Made by a program: the position numbers and the translations under genes
In this document: piece by piece, positions 31,325-55,374 of the stretch
Layout: each line of letters opens with the position of its first letter
Numbering within the stretch: the first letter of the stretch is position 1
Notes under the pieces: generated by a model
The model's database searches: none
Seen by the model: the letters and a program-made list of their open reading frames with translations, nothing else
Told to the model about the DNA's origin: nothing
Assembly: GCA_002269645.1 (NCBI GenBank)
Contig: NIVC01000433.1
Span: 131,418-195,417, forward strand
Length of the DNA stretch: 64,000 nt
Source of the DNA: Macrostomum lignano
Taxonomy: Eukaryota
Direction of reading: 5' to 3'

Positions 31325-31921
31325 CTATTCGTCGTCGAACGCCTTCTGCACCAGCTCGCTGATGGTGGTCATGGTGAGGTGGCCGAAGGTCCTGGCCACT
31401 TTGCCGGAGTCGCAGTCGCCGCCAACCACGTGCACCAGACGGACTCGAAGCGTGACTGGCACCATGGGGTCCTCCTCCAGGATGTTGCTGCGCATCTGGC
31501 TGGTCAGGTCGATCCTGCCGGTGAACACGTCCAGCCGCGTGGCTCCGCCCTTGCCTTGGCTTGTCAGTTTCACCTCGACGTAGACGGACTCGCCAAGTTT
31601 ATCCTGAATATCCGAGAGGCTGCGCAGAATTTCGGTGTGCACCGGCTCGCAGGTCAGCTGGATCAGCGCCTTCTGCCTGCCGCTCGGATCGTTGGACGAT
31701 TTGGCTTCGAACTGCAGGCTCTTGAGCGTGAATGCAACGTTGGCGTAGATTCTCAGACTGGGCACTGTGAACAGCAGTTCTCTTAGCGACTTTGCCGACG
31801 GGCCCATCGAGATGCGGCCGGTTAGTCCGAATCCGGCTCGCCGGCTGAGACTTCGGCAAGAGGAGTTTTCTAGCTGGATATCCGCGGGGTCAGCAGCTAC
31901 TTCGCTGGCTTCATCGCTCAT
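31325..31921 (-). CDS. Hypothetical single-exon protein, 198 aa
   Basis: Non-repetitive open frame with GC-rich codon usage like the other exons. ATG at 31921 lies 6 nt after an acceptor-like CTACCAG. No family recognised. Confidence 0.6.
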   Translation of the reverse strand: MSDEASEVAADPADIQLENSSCRSLSRRAGFGLTGRISMGPSAKSLRELLFTVPSLRIYANVAFTLKSLQFEAKSSNDPSGRQKALIQLTCEPVHTEILRSLSDIQDKLGESVYVEVKLTSQGKGGATRLDVFTGRIDLTSQMRSNILEEDPMVPVTLRVRLVHVVGGDCDSGKVARTFGHLTMTTISELVQKAFDDE

Positions 31922-32119
31922 GGCATTCTGGTAGCAAGTCGCTTGAGTTAACTCGGCTATCCATGGCTCACTTATATAGCTACCCAATGTAATTGTCTTG
32001 ACATCTGCATATACCAGCCACTGCTAATGCCACAGACAATTCTGCAAATCTGATCGACCAAGTTGTTGCAGCAGCATCCTTGTCCATCTTTATTGCCATA
32101 AAACAAAATATCGGTTTTT

Positions 32120-32570
32120 CTATGACGCCAAATTCCGCGTTTAAAAAGCGCCTAATATGAGTTTTAAAATGGCGCCAAATTCTGCGTTTAAAAAGCGCCT
32201 AATATCAAGTTAAAAATAGCGCCAAATTCCGCGTTCCACTTTTGATAAAAGCGCCTAATATCAAGTTTAAAATGGTGGCAAATTTTGATTCCAAAAATCG
32301 CCAAATAATAAATCGAAAGTGGCGCCAAAATCCTTGTTTAAAAAGCGCCAAATATTAAGTCTAAAAAGGCGCCGAATTCCGTGTTAAAAAAGCGCCTAAT
32401 ATCAAGTTTGAAATAGCGCTAAATTTTTAGTCCATAAAGCGCAAATAATATGTCGAAAGTGGCGCCGAATTCCTTGTTTTAAAAGCGCCAAATATTAAGT
32501 CTAAAATAGCGCCAAACTCCGTGTTAAAAAAGCGCGAATTCTGAGTTAAAAACGGCGCCAAATTCTGATC
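32120..32570. repeat. Degenerate about 40-bp repeat rich in GCGCCAAA / AAAAGCGCC
   Basis: At least 7 GCGCCAAA motifs in 450 bp. Confidence 0.75.
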
Positions 32571-33127
32571 ATATATTTTCAGTTGTTGGTCACATCAACT
32601 AGATACGCCATACCCAGTGACAAAACGCAAAGTGCAGAATTAAACAAAACGGCTTTCTCCTCATGAAATAAAAAAATGTTTTCTTGGAATACAAGAGTAC
32701 GCGGCGCACTTTTACTATATACTAACACAATGCCAAGTCTGTAATGAACTATAATATTACTATAATACTAAATGTATTCCACTGGAAATAAATTATTGCG
32801 TTATAATTACCGACACTGAAAGTCAAGCGTCAAGATGGCCGGCAAGTAGTCAACAGAAATAGTAGGTTTTGTGGAGGCAGTTCCGTCATAAGACTGATTG
32901 AATGGAATACCCATCTTCAGGGAGAATTGCAGATTAAGCCGACTGAAGGTTCAGGGGTATTTCGAGTTTGATCCGACTGAAGGTTCTGGGCCAGGGGTAT
33001 TTCGATTTTAGCCTGTTAAAGGTTCAGGGGTATTTTGAGTTTCTGAAGGCTACTGAAGTCTCAGGGGTAATCTTGGTAGTTAGGATACCCCTACAAAAGG
33101 CTCATCGATCATCATGAAGGAGAAGTG

Positions 33128-35236
33128 TCAGATCACACGCTGCCTATCTCGAAGTCTATTAGCAATTCTGCTAACCAGACTCTCTTGAGCTCCTCTGTCA
33201 TCGGTGACGCCGCTGCCACCGCCACAGCCGCCTCTGTTGCCGCCGTCCTCATTTTGCTGCTGATTGAGTCGCCCGGCGATGTCGGCTAAAGCGGCGTCGA
33301 ATTTCTTAGCATCGACCAGCTGATCGGCGGAAATGTCCAGTCGTTGTTTCAGCACGTCTAGCAGAGCAGCTTGATTCTCTTGACGCTGCCGCGTGGTCTG
33401 GAAGTCTGCTTGGAGGGCTTCAATGCGAGACAGTGCCGCGGAGCAGACGTCCTTGATGGCGATGCTGGTGGCCGAGTGCTGTTGTTGACCACGTGGTGAG
33501 TTCGACCTGCGGCTGATTAACGTGTTATATTTCAACTTTCACATATTTAGTGACTAACAGGTGATTCTATTAGGTGTCTAACAGGTGATACTATTAGGTG
33601 TCTAACAGGTGATTCTATTAGGTGTCTAACAGGTGATTCTATTAGGTGACTAACAGGTGATTCTATTAGGTGTCTAACAGGTGATTCTATTAGGTGACTA
33701 ACAGGTGATTCTATTAGGTGTCTAACAGGTGATACTATTAGGTGTCTAACAGGTGATTCTATTAGGTGTCTAACAGTTGATACTATTAGGTGACTAACAG
33801 GGGATTCTATTAGGTGTCTAACAGGTGATTCTATTAGGTGACTAACAGGTGATTCTATTAGGTGTCTAACAGGTGATACTATTAGGTGTCTAACAGGTGA
33901 TACTATTAGGTGTCTAACAGGTGATTCTATTAGGTGTCTAACAGGTGATACTATTAGGTGACTAACAGGGGATTCTATTAGGTGTCTAACAGGTGATTCT
34001 ATTAGGTGTCTAACAGGTAGGTGTCTAACAGGGGATTCCGAACAAGCTGACTGCAACACAGCGGACACCCAAGACAGGTGCTCAGCGTACCTGCCAGCCG
34101 TATCAGCCGTCTGCCCTGGTGTCTTCAACAAGCCCAAGCTCTTGGCTAAGCGATCCACCGAATCTCCGTATTGCTGCTCCTGCTCCTGCTCTTGCTGTTG
34201 CTTTTGCTGTTGCTGCTGCTTTTGCTGTTGCTTCTGCTGTTGCTGGAGCCCAAGACCGGCGGTAGCGGTTGGCCACCTGGGTCCCGGGACTCGTCGTTGA
34301 GCCTGACGAAATTCACGAGTCATTCGCTCCCGTTCTCTGGCCTGCCTGTCCAGCTCGGCCTGAATTTATTTACAATTTAAAAAACAACGCATCGATCAGC
34401 TACTGACGAGTAACAATAAAAGAGAATGAATACTATTTTTGCGATGCACAGTGAAAATTAAAAATTTAGCAATAATTTTTCTTCTAAATTAACTATAACG
34501 AGATTTGAAAAGTAAAGGCCTCAAAGCTCAATCTATCTAGAAAAAACGCGACCTTTGTTAATACTAATTAACCCAATGACGACTTACACTGTAAGTAGAA
34601 GGACGGGAAACCTCGTTTCTTAGAAAAAAATTGAAGGCAGGCTTTTTTGTAAAAATACACTACGGAGATAGGAAGTTTTCATTTTTTCAGCACAAAAATT
34701 GCTATTGCTTTTGATAGGAGCCAGATCCAGTGTTTATCTTTTGATATGCTGTGCCTTTCTTATTGATCTATCGATATTTATAAAACTTTTCGTTCAAAGA
34801 GTTAGGATTCTATGTTAATTTTTTATTCTACGTACATTTGCACGTATCTAAAAACCATTGAAATGGCACGGCTTTAAACGAAAAGCTTTATAAAATATCG
34901 ATAGATCAATAAGAAAGACACAACATATCAAAAGATGAACACTGGATCTGCCCCCTTATCAAAAGCAATAACAATTTTTGTGCTGAAAAGATTTGAAAAC
35001 TTCCTATCTCCGTAGTGTATGTTTTCGGAAAAGCCTGCGTTCAAACACTTTCTAAGAAACGAGATTTTCCCTTCCACTTAAGTCGTCCTTGAATTTACCC
35101 TGACCAATAAAAATTATCGGCCTAAATTTATTTTCTCACCTTGTGCTGCTGCTCACTTCGACTCAGTTGCAATTTTAGCCGGCGAATTTCTGCTTCCAGC
35201 TGATTGGCGTTCTGCACCAGGGACGATGGGATTGGT

Positions 35237-35269
<33 letters not shown>

Positions 35270-38200
35270 CAGAAGGCGCTCGACCGCCTTCGGCAGGAGA
35301 GGCTGCGCTGATGCGAGTCCCGTAGCGACTGTCGAGCGACGGCCCCGTCTGTCGTGGTTGCCAGCGCCGTGAGTGTCAGCTCTGCGGGGCAGGCCGGGAT
35401 GCCTCATTGCGGAGGGCAGCGCGCCTTTGGGGGTGTCAGCGCCATTTCATTTGATTGTGGCCGCCACCATTTCATAATTGATTGTGGCCGCCATTTCATT
35501 TGATTGTGGCAGCCATTGTGGGGAGGTGGGCTGTGGGGTGGTGGTGCTGTGGGGAGGTGGGGGCTGTGTGGAGATGGGCTGTAGGGTGGTGGTGCTGTGG
35601 GGAGGTGGGGCTGTGTGGAGATGGGCTGTGGGGTGGTGGTGCTGTAGGGAGGTTGGGCTGTGGGGAGGAGGGGGCTGTGGGGAGGTAGGGCTGTGGGGAG
35701 GTGGGGGCTGTGGGGAGGAGGGGGCTGTGGGGAGGTGGGGGCTGTGGGGAGGTAGGGCTGTGGGGAGGTGAGGGCTGTGGGGAGGAGGGGGCTGTGGGGA
35801 GGTGGGGGCTGTGTGGAGGAGGGGCTGTGGGGAGTTAAGATAACTTATGCGAGCAGGCCAGAAAGCCAGGTGGTCCCCCAATCGGCACCCCTCACCACTG
35901 CTGACCATCGATGTCGTTCGAGCCCCGATTGTGCCGATTATACTCGTTGCCATGGAGACCGCTGTCGACCTCTGTCACCGACTTAGGCCGCTGCTGCTGC
36001 TGCTGCTGCTGCTCCACAATAGCAGCTGCAGACGCCCTCAGAGCTTGCAGCTCAATATTCTGCTTGTCCGCTTCTAAAAGACGCTGAGTCGCCGCTTCAA
36101 CGAATTGTGGCCAACGAGTGGCAAAGTAAAGAGACAGCTGTTGCTGCGGCTGCTGAACTGGGCGAACCGGCTGAGCAGCGCTGCGTTGGAGAGATTGGGA
36201 CCCACAGATGCTTTTTGAAATCTCTCCTGTGTTCTTGTAATCTGTTCTGTGATTTTGTAATCTGTTCTGTGTTCTTTTAATCTGTTCTGCGTTCTTGTAA
36301 TCTGTTCTGCGTTCTTGTAATCTGCTTTGTGTTATTGTAATCTGTTCTGCGTTCTTGTAATCTGCTTTGTGTTATTGTAATCTGCTCTGTGCTTTTTGTA
36401 ATCTTCTCTGTAGACACGAGATGCTGACTGTAATCTATAGACACGAGATGCTGTAATCTATAGACACGAGATGCTGTAATCTATAGACATGAGATAGTGA
36501 CTGTAATCTATAGACACGAGATGCTGTAATCTATAGACATGAGATGCTGCAATCTATAGACATGAGATAGTGACTGTAATCTATAGACACGAGATGCTGT
36601 AATCTATAGACACGAGATGCTGTAATCTATAGACATGAGATGCTGCAATCTATAGACATGAGATAGTGACTGTAATCTATAGACACGAGATACTGTAATC
36701 TATAGACACGAGATGCTGTAATCTATAGACACGAGATGCTGTAATCTATAGACACGAGATACTGTAATCTATAGACACGAGATGCTGTAATCTATAGACA
36801 CGAGATGCTATAATCTATAGACACGAGATAGTGACTGTAATCTATAGACACGAGATACTGTAATCTATAGACACGAGATGCTGTAATCTATAGACACGAG
36901 ATAGTGACTGTAATCTATAGACACGAGATGCTGTAATCTATAGACACGAGATACTGTAATCTATAGACACGAGATGCTGTAATCTATAGACACGAGATGC
37001 TGTAATCTATAGACACGAGATACTGTAATCTATAGACACGAGATGCTGTAATCTATAGACACGAGATAGTGACTGTAATCTATAGACACGAGATGCTGTA
37101 ATCTATAGACATGAGATGCTGCAATCTATAGACACGAGATGCTGTAATCTATAGACACGAGATGCTGTAATCTATAGACACGAGATGCTGTAATCTATAG
37201 ACACGAGATAGTGACTGTAATCTATAGACACGAGATACTGTAATCTATAGACACGAGATGCTGTAATCTATAGACACGAGGTACTGTAATCTATAGACAC
37301 GAGATAGTGACTGTAATCTATAGACACGAGATGCTGTAATCTATAGACACGAGATACTGTAATCTATAGACACGAGATGCTGTAATCTATAGACATGAGA
37401 TAGTGACTGTAATCTATAGACACGAGATAGTGACTGTAGTCTATAGACACGAGATGCTGTAATCTATAGACACGAGATACTGTAATCTATAGACACGAGA
37501 TACTGTAATCTATAGACACGAGGTACATGTACTGTAATCTATAGACACGAGATGCTGTAATCTATAGACACGAGATGCTGCAATCTATAGACATGAGATA
37601 GTGACTGTAATCTATAGACACGAGATACTGTAATCTATAGACACGAGATACTGTAATCTATAGACACGAGATACTGTAATCTATAGACACGAGATACTGT
37701 AATCTATAGACACGAGATGCTGTAATCTATAGACACGAGATACTGTAATCTATAGACACGAGATGCTGTAATCTATAGACACGAGATGCTGTAATCTATA
37801 GACACGAGATGCTGTAATCTATAGACACGAGATACTGTAATCTATAGACACGAGATGCTGTAAGCTATAGACACGAGATACTGTAATCTATAGACACGAG
37901 ATACTGTAATCTATAGACACGAGATGCTGTAATCTATAGACACGAGATACTGTAATCTATAGACACGAGATGCTGTAATCTGTAGACACGAGATACTGTA
38001 ATCTATAGACACGAGATGCTGTAATCTATAGACACGAGATGCTGTAATCTATAGACACGAGATGCTGTAATCTATAGACACGAGATGCTGTAATCTATAG
38101 ACACGAGATACTGTAATCTGTAGACACGAGATGCTGTAATCTATAGACACGAGATACTGTAATCTGTAGACACGAGATGCTGTAATCTATAGACACGAGA

Positions 38201-39826
38201 TGCTGTAATCTATAGACACGAGATACTGTAATCTGTAGACACGAGATTCTGTAATCTATAGACACGAGATGCTGTAATCTATAGACACGAGATGCTGTAA
38301 TCTATAGACACGAGATGCTGTAATCTATAGACACGAGAAACTGCAATCATCCAATTTGAGCAGCTCACCCCTGGACGCGCCCCTCACTGAGACAGTCGGT
38401 GGTCTCAATCATGGTCTCAGTGTCGGACCTGACGGTCTCCAGCATCGCCTCGAAGGCTGCCAGCAGGGAGCCGTCGCCATCCAGCTTTGCCGCTGTCAGC
38501 TCGGCTGCCAGCTTGGCGTTGGTGGCGGCGCTCATCAGCTGCAGCTGGCGGAGGCCCCTGCCGCTGCCCGACTGCGTGCTCGATGAGAACAGATTTATGA
38601 TCTTGCTCTTCTTCTTCTTTTGGGCCGACTGGCTGAAGTTTTAAAAAATCACCGTTTGTTCTTGCGGCTGATTGATTGCTGATCAATCTCTAGAAATCTC
38701 ACCCCGTGAGAACACGAGAACCTCTAGAAATCTCACCCCGTGAGAACACGAGAACCTCTAGAAATCTCACCCCGTGAGAACCCGAGAACCTCTAGAAATC
38801 TCACCCCGTGAGAACCCGAGAACCTCTAGAAATCTCACCCCGTGAGAACCCGAGAATCTTTAGAAATCTCACCCCGTGAGAACCCAAGAACCTCTAGAAA
38901 TCTCACCCCGTGAGAACCCGAGAATCTTTAGAAATCTCACCCCGTGAGAACCCGAGAACCTCTAGAAATCTCACCCCGTGAGAACCCGAGAACCTCTAGA
39001 AATCTCACCCCGTGAGAACCCGAGAACCTTTAGAAATCTCACCCCGTGAGAACACGAGAATCTCTAGAAATCTCACCCCGTGAGAACCCGAGAACCTCTA
39101 GAAATCTCACCCCGTGAGAACCCGAGAACCTCTAGAAATCTCACCCCGTGAGAACCCGAGAACCTTTAGAAATCTCACCCCGTGAGAACACGAGAACCTC
39201 TAGAAATCTCACCCCGTGAGAACCCGAGAACCTTTAGAAATCTCACCCCGTGAGAACCCGAGAACCTCTAAAAATCTCACCCCGTGAGAACCCGAGAATC
39301 TCTAGAAATCTCACCCTTTGAGAACCCGAGAACCTTTAGAAATCTCACCCCGTGAGAACCCGAGAACCTTTAGAAATCTCACCCCATGAGAACCCGAGAA
39401 CCTCTAGAAATCTCACCCCATGAGAACCCGAGAATCTCTAGAAATCTCACCTTATGAGAACTTGAGATTCTCCAGAAATCTCACCCTTTGAGAAACTGAG
39501 AATCTATAAAACTCCCAACCTACCCGGCTCGCTCAGCCTCCAGCAGCTCAGCTGCCTCATCCTGAAACTCCTTCGCTTTGACCAGCGTGAGCACAGCCGA
39601 ACAGTTCTGCATCAGGGCGCACAGACTCACAAAGTCTTTGTTGCCTTTCTTAGTTAAAATGGCAGGATAGCCCATCCTGATGAAGTCTTTGTTCACGCTG
39701 CGAGAGATCCAGTTGAACACCTCCTGGGTCATGTTGTTGGCCTTGTCTTGATCGGCCGCGTCATTATTGGCGGTGACTTCTGACAGCTGCGACTTCATGA
39801 CCGACTGATTCGAACTCGGTGGCTTT
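33128..39826 (-). CDS. Glutamine-rich coiled-coil protein of unknown function; exons approx. 39826-39524, 38632-38369, ~36246-35906, 35381-35140, 34359-34091, 33506-33128
   Basis: Phase-consistent GT-AG chain. Poly-Q tracts and heptad-like segments (QLEAEIRRLKLQLSRSEQQHKAELDRQARERER; LSRIEALQADFQTTRQRQENQAALLDVLKQRL). The exon 3 acceptor is ambiguous inside a 20-bp repeat. Likely ATG at 39798. Confidence 0.65.
33550..34036. repeat. 24-bp intronic minisatellite (AGGTGTCTAACAGGTGATTCTATT)
   Basis: About 20 copies; produces the (ESPVRHLI)n ORF tail. Confidence 0.95.
34578..35087. mobile_element. About 510-bp foldback / MITE-like long inverted repeat in an intron
   Basis: Arms of about 220 bp. 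TACACTACGGAGATAGGAAGTTTTCA pairs with TGAAAACTTCCTATCTCCGTAGTGTA; TTATTGATCTATCGATATTTTATAAA pairs with TTTATAAAATATCGATAGATCAATAA. No clear TSD. Confidence 0.8.
35500..35830. repeat. G-rich 15-bp repeat (GGGGCTGTGGGGAGG)
   Basis: Runs of GGGG separated by short loops. Confidence 0.9.
36410..38340. repeat. 23-bp satellite (TAGACACGAGATGCTGTAATCTA) with a longer variant, about 80 copies, intronic
   Basis: 1.9-kb tandem array with palindromic TCTATAGA core. Confidence 0.97.
38688..39510. repeat. 34-bp minisatellite (CTCTAGAAATCTCACCCCGTGAGAACCCGAGAAC), about 24 copies, intronic
   Basis: Fills nearly the whole intron between exons 39524 and 38632. Confidence 0.96.
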
Positions 39827-40049
39827 CTAAACTCTAAATCCGTTGATAAAATATTTGCCGAGTTTTAATGCCTATTGCTTATGGCTTAAGTTCCTTATTT
39901 TATTGTACAAACAGAAAACTCGTCAAACGGCCTTGCAAATCTTTTTGGACCATAGACTATAATATGAGGCTGCGGCCATGTGTCAATAGGGTACTGATTT
40001 GAAGCTTTTGTAACGTTTTATCTGATTTACCAAAATATACTAGCATACA

Positions 40050-40350
40050 GCCGCTAAATCCACACCCCTACTCCTCTGCACCCACCCCTCCTCCTCTGGA
40101 CCCATCCCTCCTCTTCTGCACCCACCCCTCTTCCTCTACACCCACCCGTCCTCCTCTGCACCCACCCCTCCTCTACACCCACTCCTCCTCCTATGCACTC
40201 ACCCCTCTGCACCAGACACCCACCCCTCCTTCTCTGTATTCACCCCTCCTCTGCACCCACCCCTCCTCTGTATCCACCTCTCCTTCCTTGCACCCACCCT
40301 CCTCCTCTGCACCCACCCTCCTCCTCTGCACCCACCCCTCCTCCTCTGCC
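40050..40350. repeat. C-rich repeat (CCTCCTCTGCACCCACC)
   Basis: Low-complexity tandem units downstream of the ceramidase stop codon. Confidence 0.85.
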
Positions 40351-40591
40351 CCTACACAATAATTCCTACTGTTAAAGTACACAATCAAAGTTAAGCTTAC
40401 TTCCGATTGCGTAGAGAACTTAAAACGCTAAACTGCATAAAGCAAAGAAGATCGAGTTTCACATGTAATTCTTGTTTAAAAAATCAGTTATGCAAGTTTT
40501 AAACAATGAATGCACACCTACTCAAAAAGATATGTTGTTGAAAAAGTTACAAGTCACTAGGTTAAAACAAAGACTGTTTCCACACAGTCCT

Positions 40592-51761
<11,170 letters not shown>

Positions 51762-52189
51762 GGGTGTGAGATAACTGCTCTAACTGATAGCTAGCTAATC
51801 TGTATAGTAATGTAGCAATAATTCAATTCATTTTCTCTGGCACTGTATATACATTCATAGTTGATATATTGATTTAGATATAACAGCTCCGCATGGCTAC
51901 ACAGGAGCACGCCAAACGATTTTGTGTGTGTGTGTGTGTGCAAGTTATAGAGCTATAGAGGGCCAATGTAGCTTTCCTGTATCGTGACCGCTCTGGCTCG
52001 TGTAGGTTGCAGATATTAGGGAAACACAAACACCGCCTATCTGCAGTGCTGTGCAGCGCTGGGGGCAAGAGAACGGGCAAGTCCTGCCCAATGAAATCTG
52101 TCCCTCTCTCTCTCTCTCTGTGGGGGGGCGATGCAAATCGTGCCGAAAAGTGAGTGAAAATATGAAGGCCGGAAAAGAGATGAGACCTC

Positions 52190-52900
52190 TTGTCAGCTTG
52201 AGATAAGCGGTTGAGAGAACAGAGATAAGGAACCCGGTAGAGAGATAAGCAGTTGAGAGAAGAGAGATAAGGAACCCAGTAGAGAGGATAAGGAACCCAG
52301 TAGAGAGATAAGCAGTTGAGAGAAGAGAGATAAGGAATCAAGTAGAGAGGATAAGCAGTTGAGAGAAGAGAGATAAGGAACCCAGTAGAGAGATAAGCAG
52401 TTGAGAGAAGAGAGATAAGGAACCCAGTAGAGAGATAAGCGGTTGAGAGAAGAGAGATAAGGAACCCAGTAGAGAGATAAGCAGTTGAGAGAAGAGAGAT
52501 AAGGAACCCAGTAGAGAGATAAGCGGTTGAGAGAAGAGAGATAAGGAACCCAGTAGAGAGATAAGCAGTTGAGAGAAGAGAGATAAGGAACCCAGTAGAG
52601 AGGATAAGGAACCCAGTAGAGAGATAAGCAGTTGAGAGAAGAGAGATAAGGAACCCAGTAGAGAGGATAAGGAACCCAGTAGAGAGATAAGCAGTTGAGA
52701 GAAGAGAGATAAGGAACCCAGTAGAGAGGATAAGGAACCCAGTAGAGAGATAAGCAGTTGAGAGAAGAGAGATAAGGAATCAAGTAGAGAGGATAAGGAA
52801 CCCAGTAGAGAGATAAGCGGTTGAGAGAACAGAGATAAGGAACCCAGTAGAGAGATAAGCGGTTGAGAGAACAGAGATAAGGAACCCAGAAGTAAGAGAA
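52190..52900. repeat. 42-bp purine-rich repeat (AGAGAGATAAGCAGTTGAGAGAAGAGAGATAAGGAACCCAGT)
   Basis: Tandem copies with short variants; source of the (YWVPYLSSLNCLSL)n ORF. Confidence 0.93.
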
Positions 52901-53334
52901 AAGAGAAGAATTGAAGGACATCAAGTCATTGAGTTATAAAAGCTGGCTAACATGCAGATACAAACAGTTTGCAAGTTCACACAACTAACTAAGTCAGGCA
53001 TTCGAGCACTGGCAGATTAATTTGGTACAATACATTTCTACAATAATGATACAAGGAATAAAGCTGCATGGGGCCTGCATAAGAATAGAGGGCAGCAGGA
53101 AAAGAAAACACGAACACCACCGAATCCTGATTGATGTGATGAGGTAATGTATGTTGGTTTAGACCAAAGGACTCCATGTAGTTCATAAACTTGTTATCAT
53201 GCTTCATCTACGTCATCCAACATCGACGGTGCTTCTTTACTGGATACGCTACTGAGATAGGTAGTAGTATAGTGACGTGGTGGCTTGGCCACTAATGACA
53301 ATTGATCACAATAAAAAGTATATGACTTTGCCAC

Positions 53335-53990
53335 TCATAATAATTAGTCACAGTCAAAAAGTTTATGGCTTCAACACTCGTGATAATTAGTCACAGTCAA
53401 ATAGTCTATGGCTTCAACACTCGTGACAATAGGTCACAGTCAAATAGTCTATGGCTTTTCCACTCGTGATAATTAGTCACAGTCAAATAGTCTATGGCTT
53501 TTCCACTCGTGATAATTAGTCACAGTCAAATAGTCTATGACTTTTCCACTCGTGATAATTAGTCACAGTCAAATAGTCTATGGCTTCAACACTCGTGACA
53601 ATTAGTCATAGTCAAATAGTCTATGGCTTTTCCACTCGTGATAATTAGTCACAGTCAAATAGTCTATGGCTTCAACACTCGTGATAATTAGTCACAGTCA
53701 AATAGTCTATGGCTTTTCCACTCGTGATAATTAGTCACAGTCAAATAGTCTATGGCTTTTCCACTCGTGACAACTAGTCACAGTCAAATAGTCTATGGCT
53801 TTTCCACTCGTGATAATTAGTCACAGTCAAATAGTCTATGGCTTCAACACTCGTGATAATCAGTCACAGTCAAATAGTCTATGGCTTTTCCACTCGTGAT
53901 AATTATTCACAGTCAAATGGTATATGGCTTCAACACTCGTGATAATTAGTCACAGTCAAATAGTCTATGGCTTCAACACTCCTGACAAAT
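53335..53990. repeat. 43-bp minisatellite (CACTCGTGATAATTAGTCACAGTCAAATAGTCTATGGCTTTTC), about 15 copies
   Basis: Two alternating variants (TTTTC / TTCAA). Confidence 0.95.
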
Positions 53991-54591
53991 AATCACAGCT
54001 AATCAAATATCTTTCGCACTTTTAGGAGCGTAGTTCCTATCTCACTATCTCACGACTTTGTTGCGCGTCCTCGATAGCAGCAGGAAACCCATTAGGAAAA
54101 CTGTTGGGTAAGAAGAAATGACAGTTACTTCTTCTGAGTACGCCTCGTATGTTCGAACAGACCGCAATTTTATTACAGAAGTAAGTCATACAGCCCAGCT
54201 TTCAGCATCTTGAAGTCTGCTCTGTCCTGGGGCGCACACGTAGGGTGTAAAGAACACTGACCTCCTAACCTTCTTCCATTCTTCTACTTTTGTGCCATCT
54301 AAGAGAGGTTTGAGCAGAAAGCCTATTTATACCCCAGGACAATGGAGGAGCTATAGTCAATATACTAGCAATCTACGCCCCCCGTTGGGGAGCCAAAGAA
54401 ATGCAATACACGTTTTTTTAATAAGCTACATGTATCCTTGAAATCTTAAAAAATCTCCTGTCAAACCTTGTAAGCCTTGACATGTCAGTAATTCCCCCCC
54501 ACAAGCTTTAACATATCAACTTCCCCCCTTGACATCTCAGCAATGCCCCCAATAAGCCTTGGAAATCTAAAAATATCTGTCAACCTTCTAA

Positions 54592-54627
54592 CCCTAACCC
54601 TAACCCTAACCCTAACCCTAACCCTAA
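54592..54627. repeat. Interstitial telomeric repeat (CCCTAA)6
   Basis: Six perfect units; a degenerate sister copy lies at about 54840-54890. Confidence 0.9.
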
Positions 54628-55374
54628 AGCATTGAAATTTCAGTAATTCTCTCTAAGAGTCATTATAGCACTACTACAGCATTATAGCGATTCCCTGCAA
54701 GCCTCGACATCGTAGGGATTCCCAAATGAATCTCTTAACTTCGACATGAAGCTTCTTGTAAGCCTTGACATGTCAGCGATGGCCCCCATTAACCTTGAAA
54801 TCTAAAAAATCCCCTGTTAACCTTGAAACCCGATAAAATATAACCCTCAACCCAAACCTGACCTAAACCTAACTTTAACCCAACCTAAAGCCTTGAAATC
54901 TCAGCAATTCTTCTCCCCTAAGCCTTGACATTTTAGTGATTCCTTCTTTAAGAATCACAGCACTATAACGATTTCCACCAAGCTTTGACATCGTAGCAAT
55001 TCCCAAATGAATCTTTTAACTTCGACATGACTTTTCTTTTATGTATACATAGTGCTACTTTTATTTTTTACATGACTCTTCTTCTATCAGCGCCCCCGTG
55101 GCGAGCCAACAAAGAATGCAATAAAAAATTGAGTAAAGTACATGAACTTTGAAGTAGCTTCTGACTTTTGCTTTGACATCTCAGAAAACCCCCCCCCCTC
55201 CGTAATCTCAGTTATTCTCTGATCAGTTATTCTCTGAGAGCCTTTACGTCTCAGTTTTTCTCCCCAGCACAGCATTATAGCTGCATTTAATTTTTACATG
55301 ACACCCTTCATGTCTGACATGACGCTTCTTTTATTCTACCGTGATGCTTCTTAATTTTTTAAATGACACTTTCA

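Noticed and set aside
52193-52924. 243-aa hydrophobic repeat ORF (also 59166-59522 and 62859-63149)
   Set aside because: These are translations of satellite or Helitron-internal sequence with no domain content.
52989-53207. KFMNYMESFGLNQH as a CR1/L2 endonuclease remnant
   Set aside because: Only one short motif-like stretch with stops on both sides; not enough to call.
54592-54627. True chromosome end
   Set aside because: Only six units, embedded in non-telomeric sequence on both sides.
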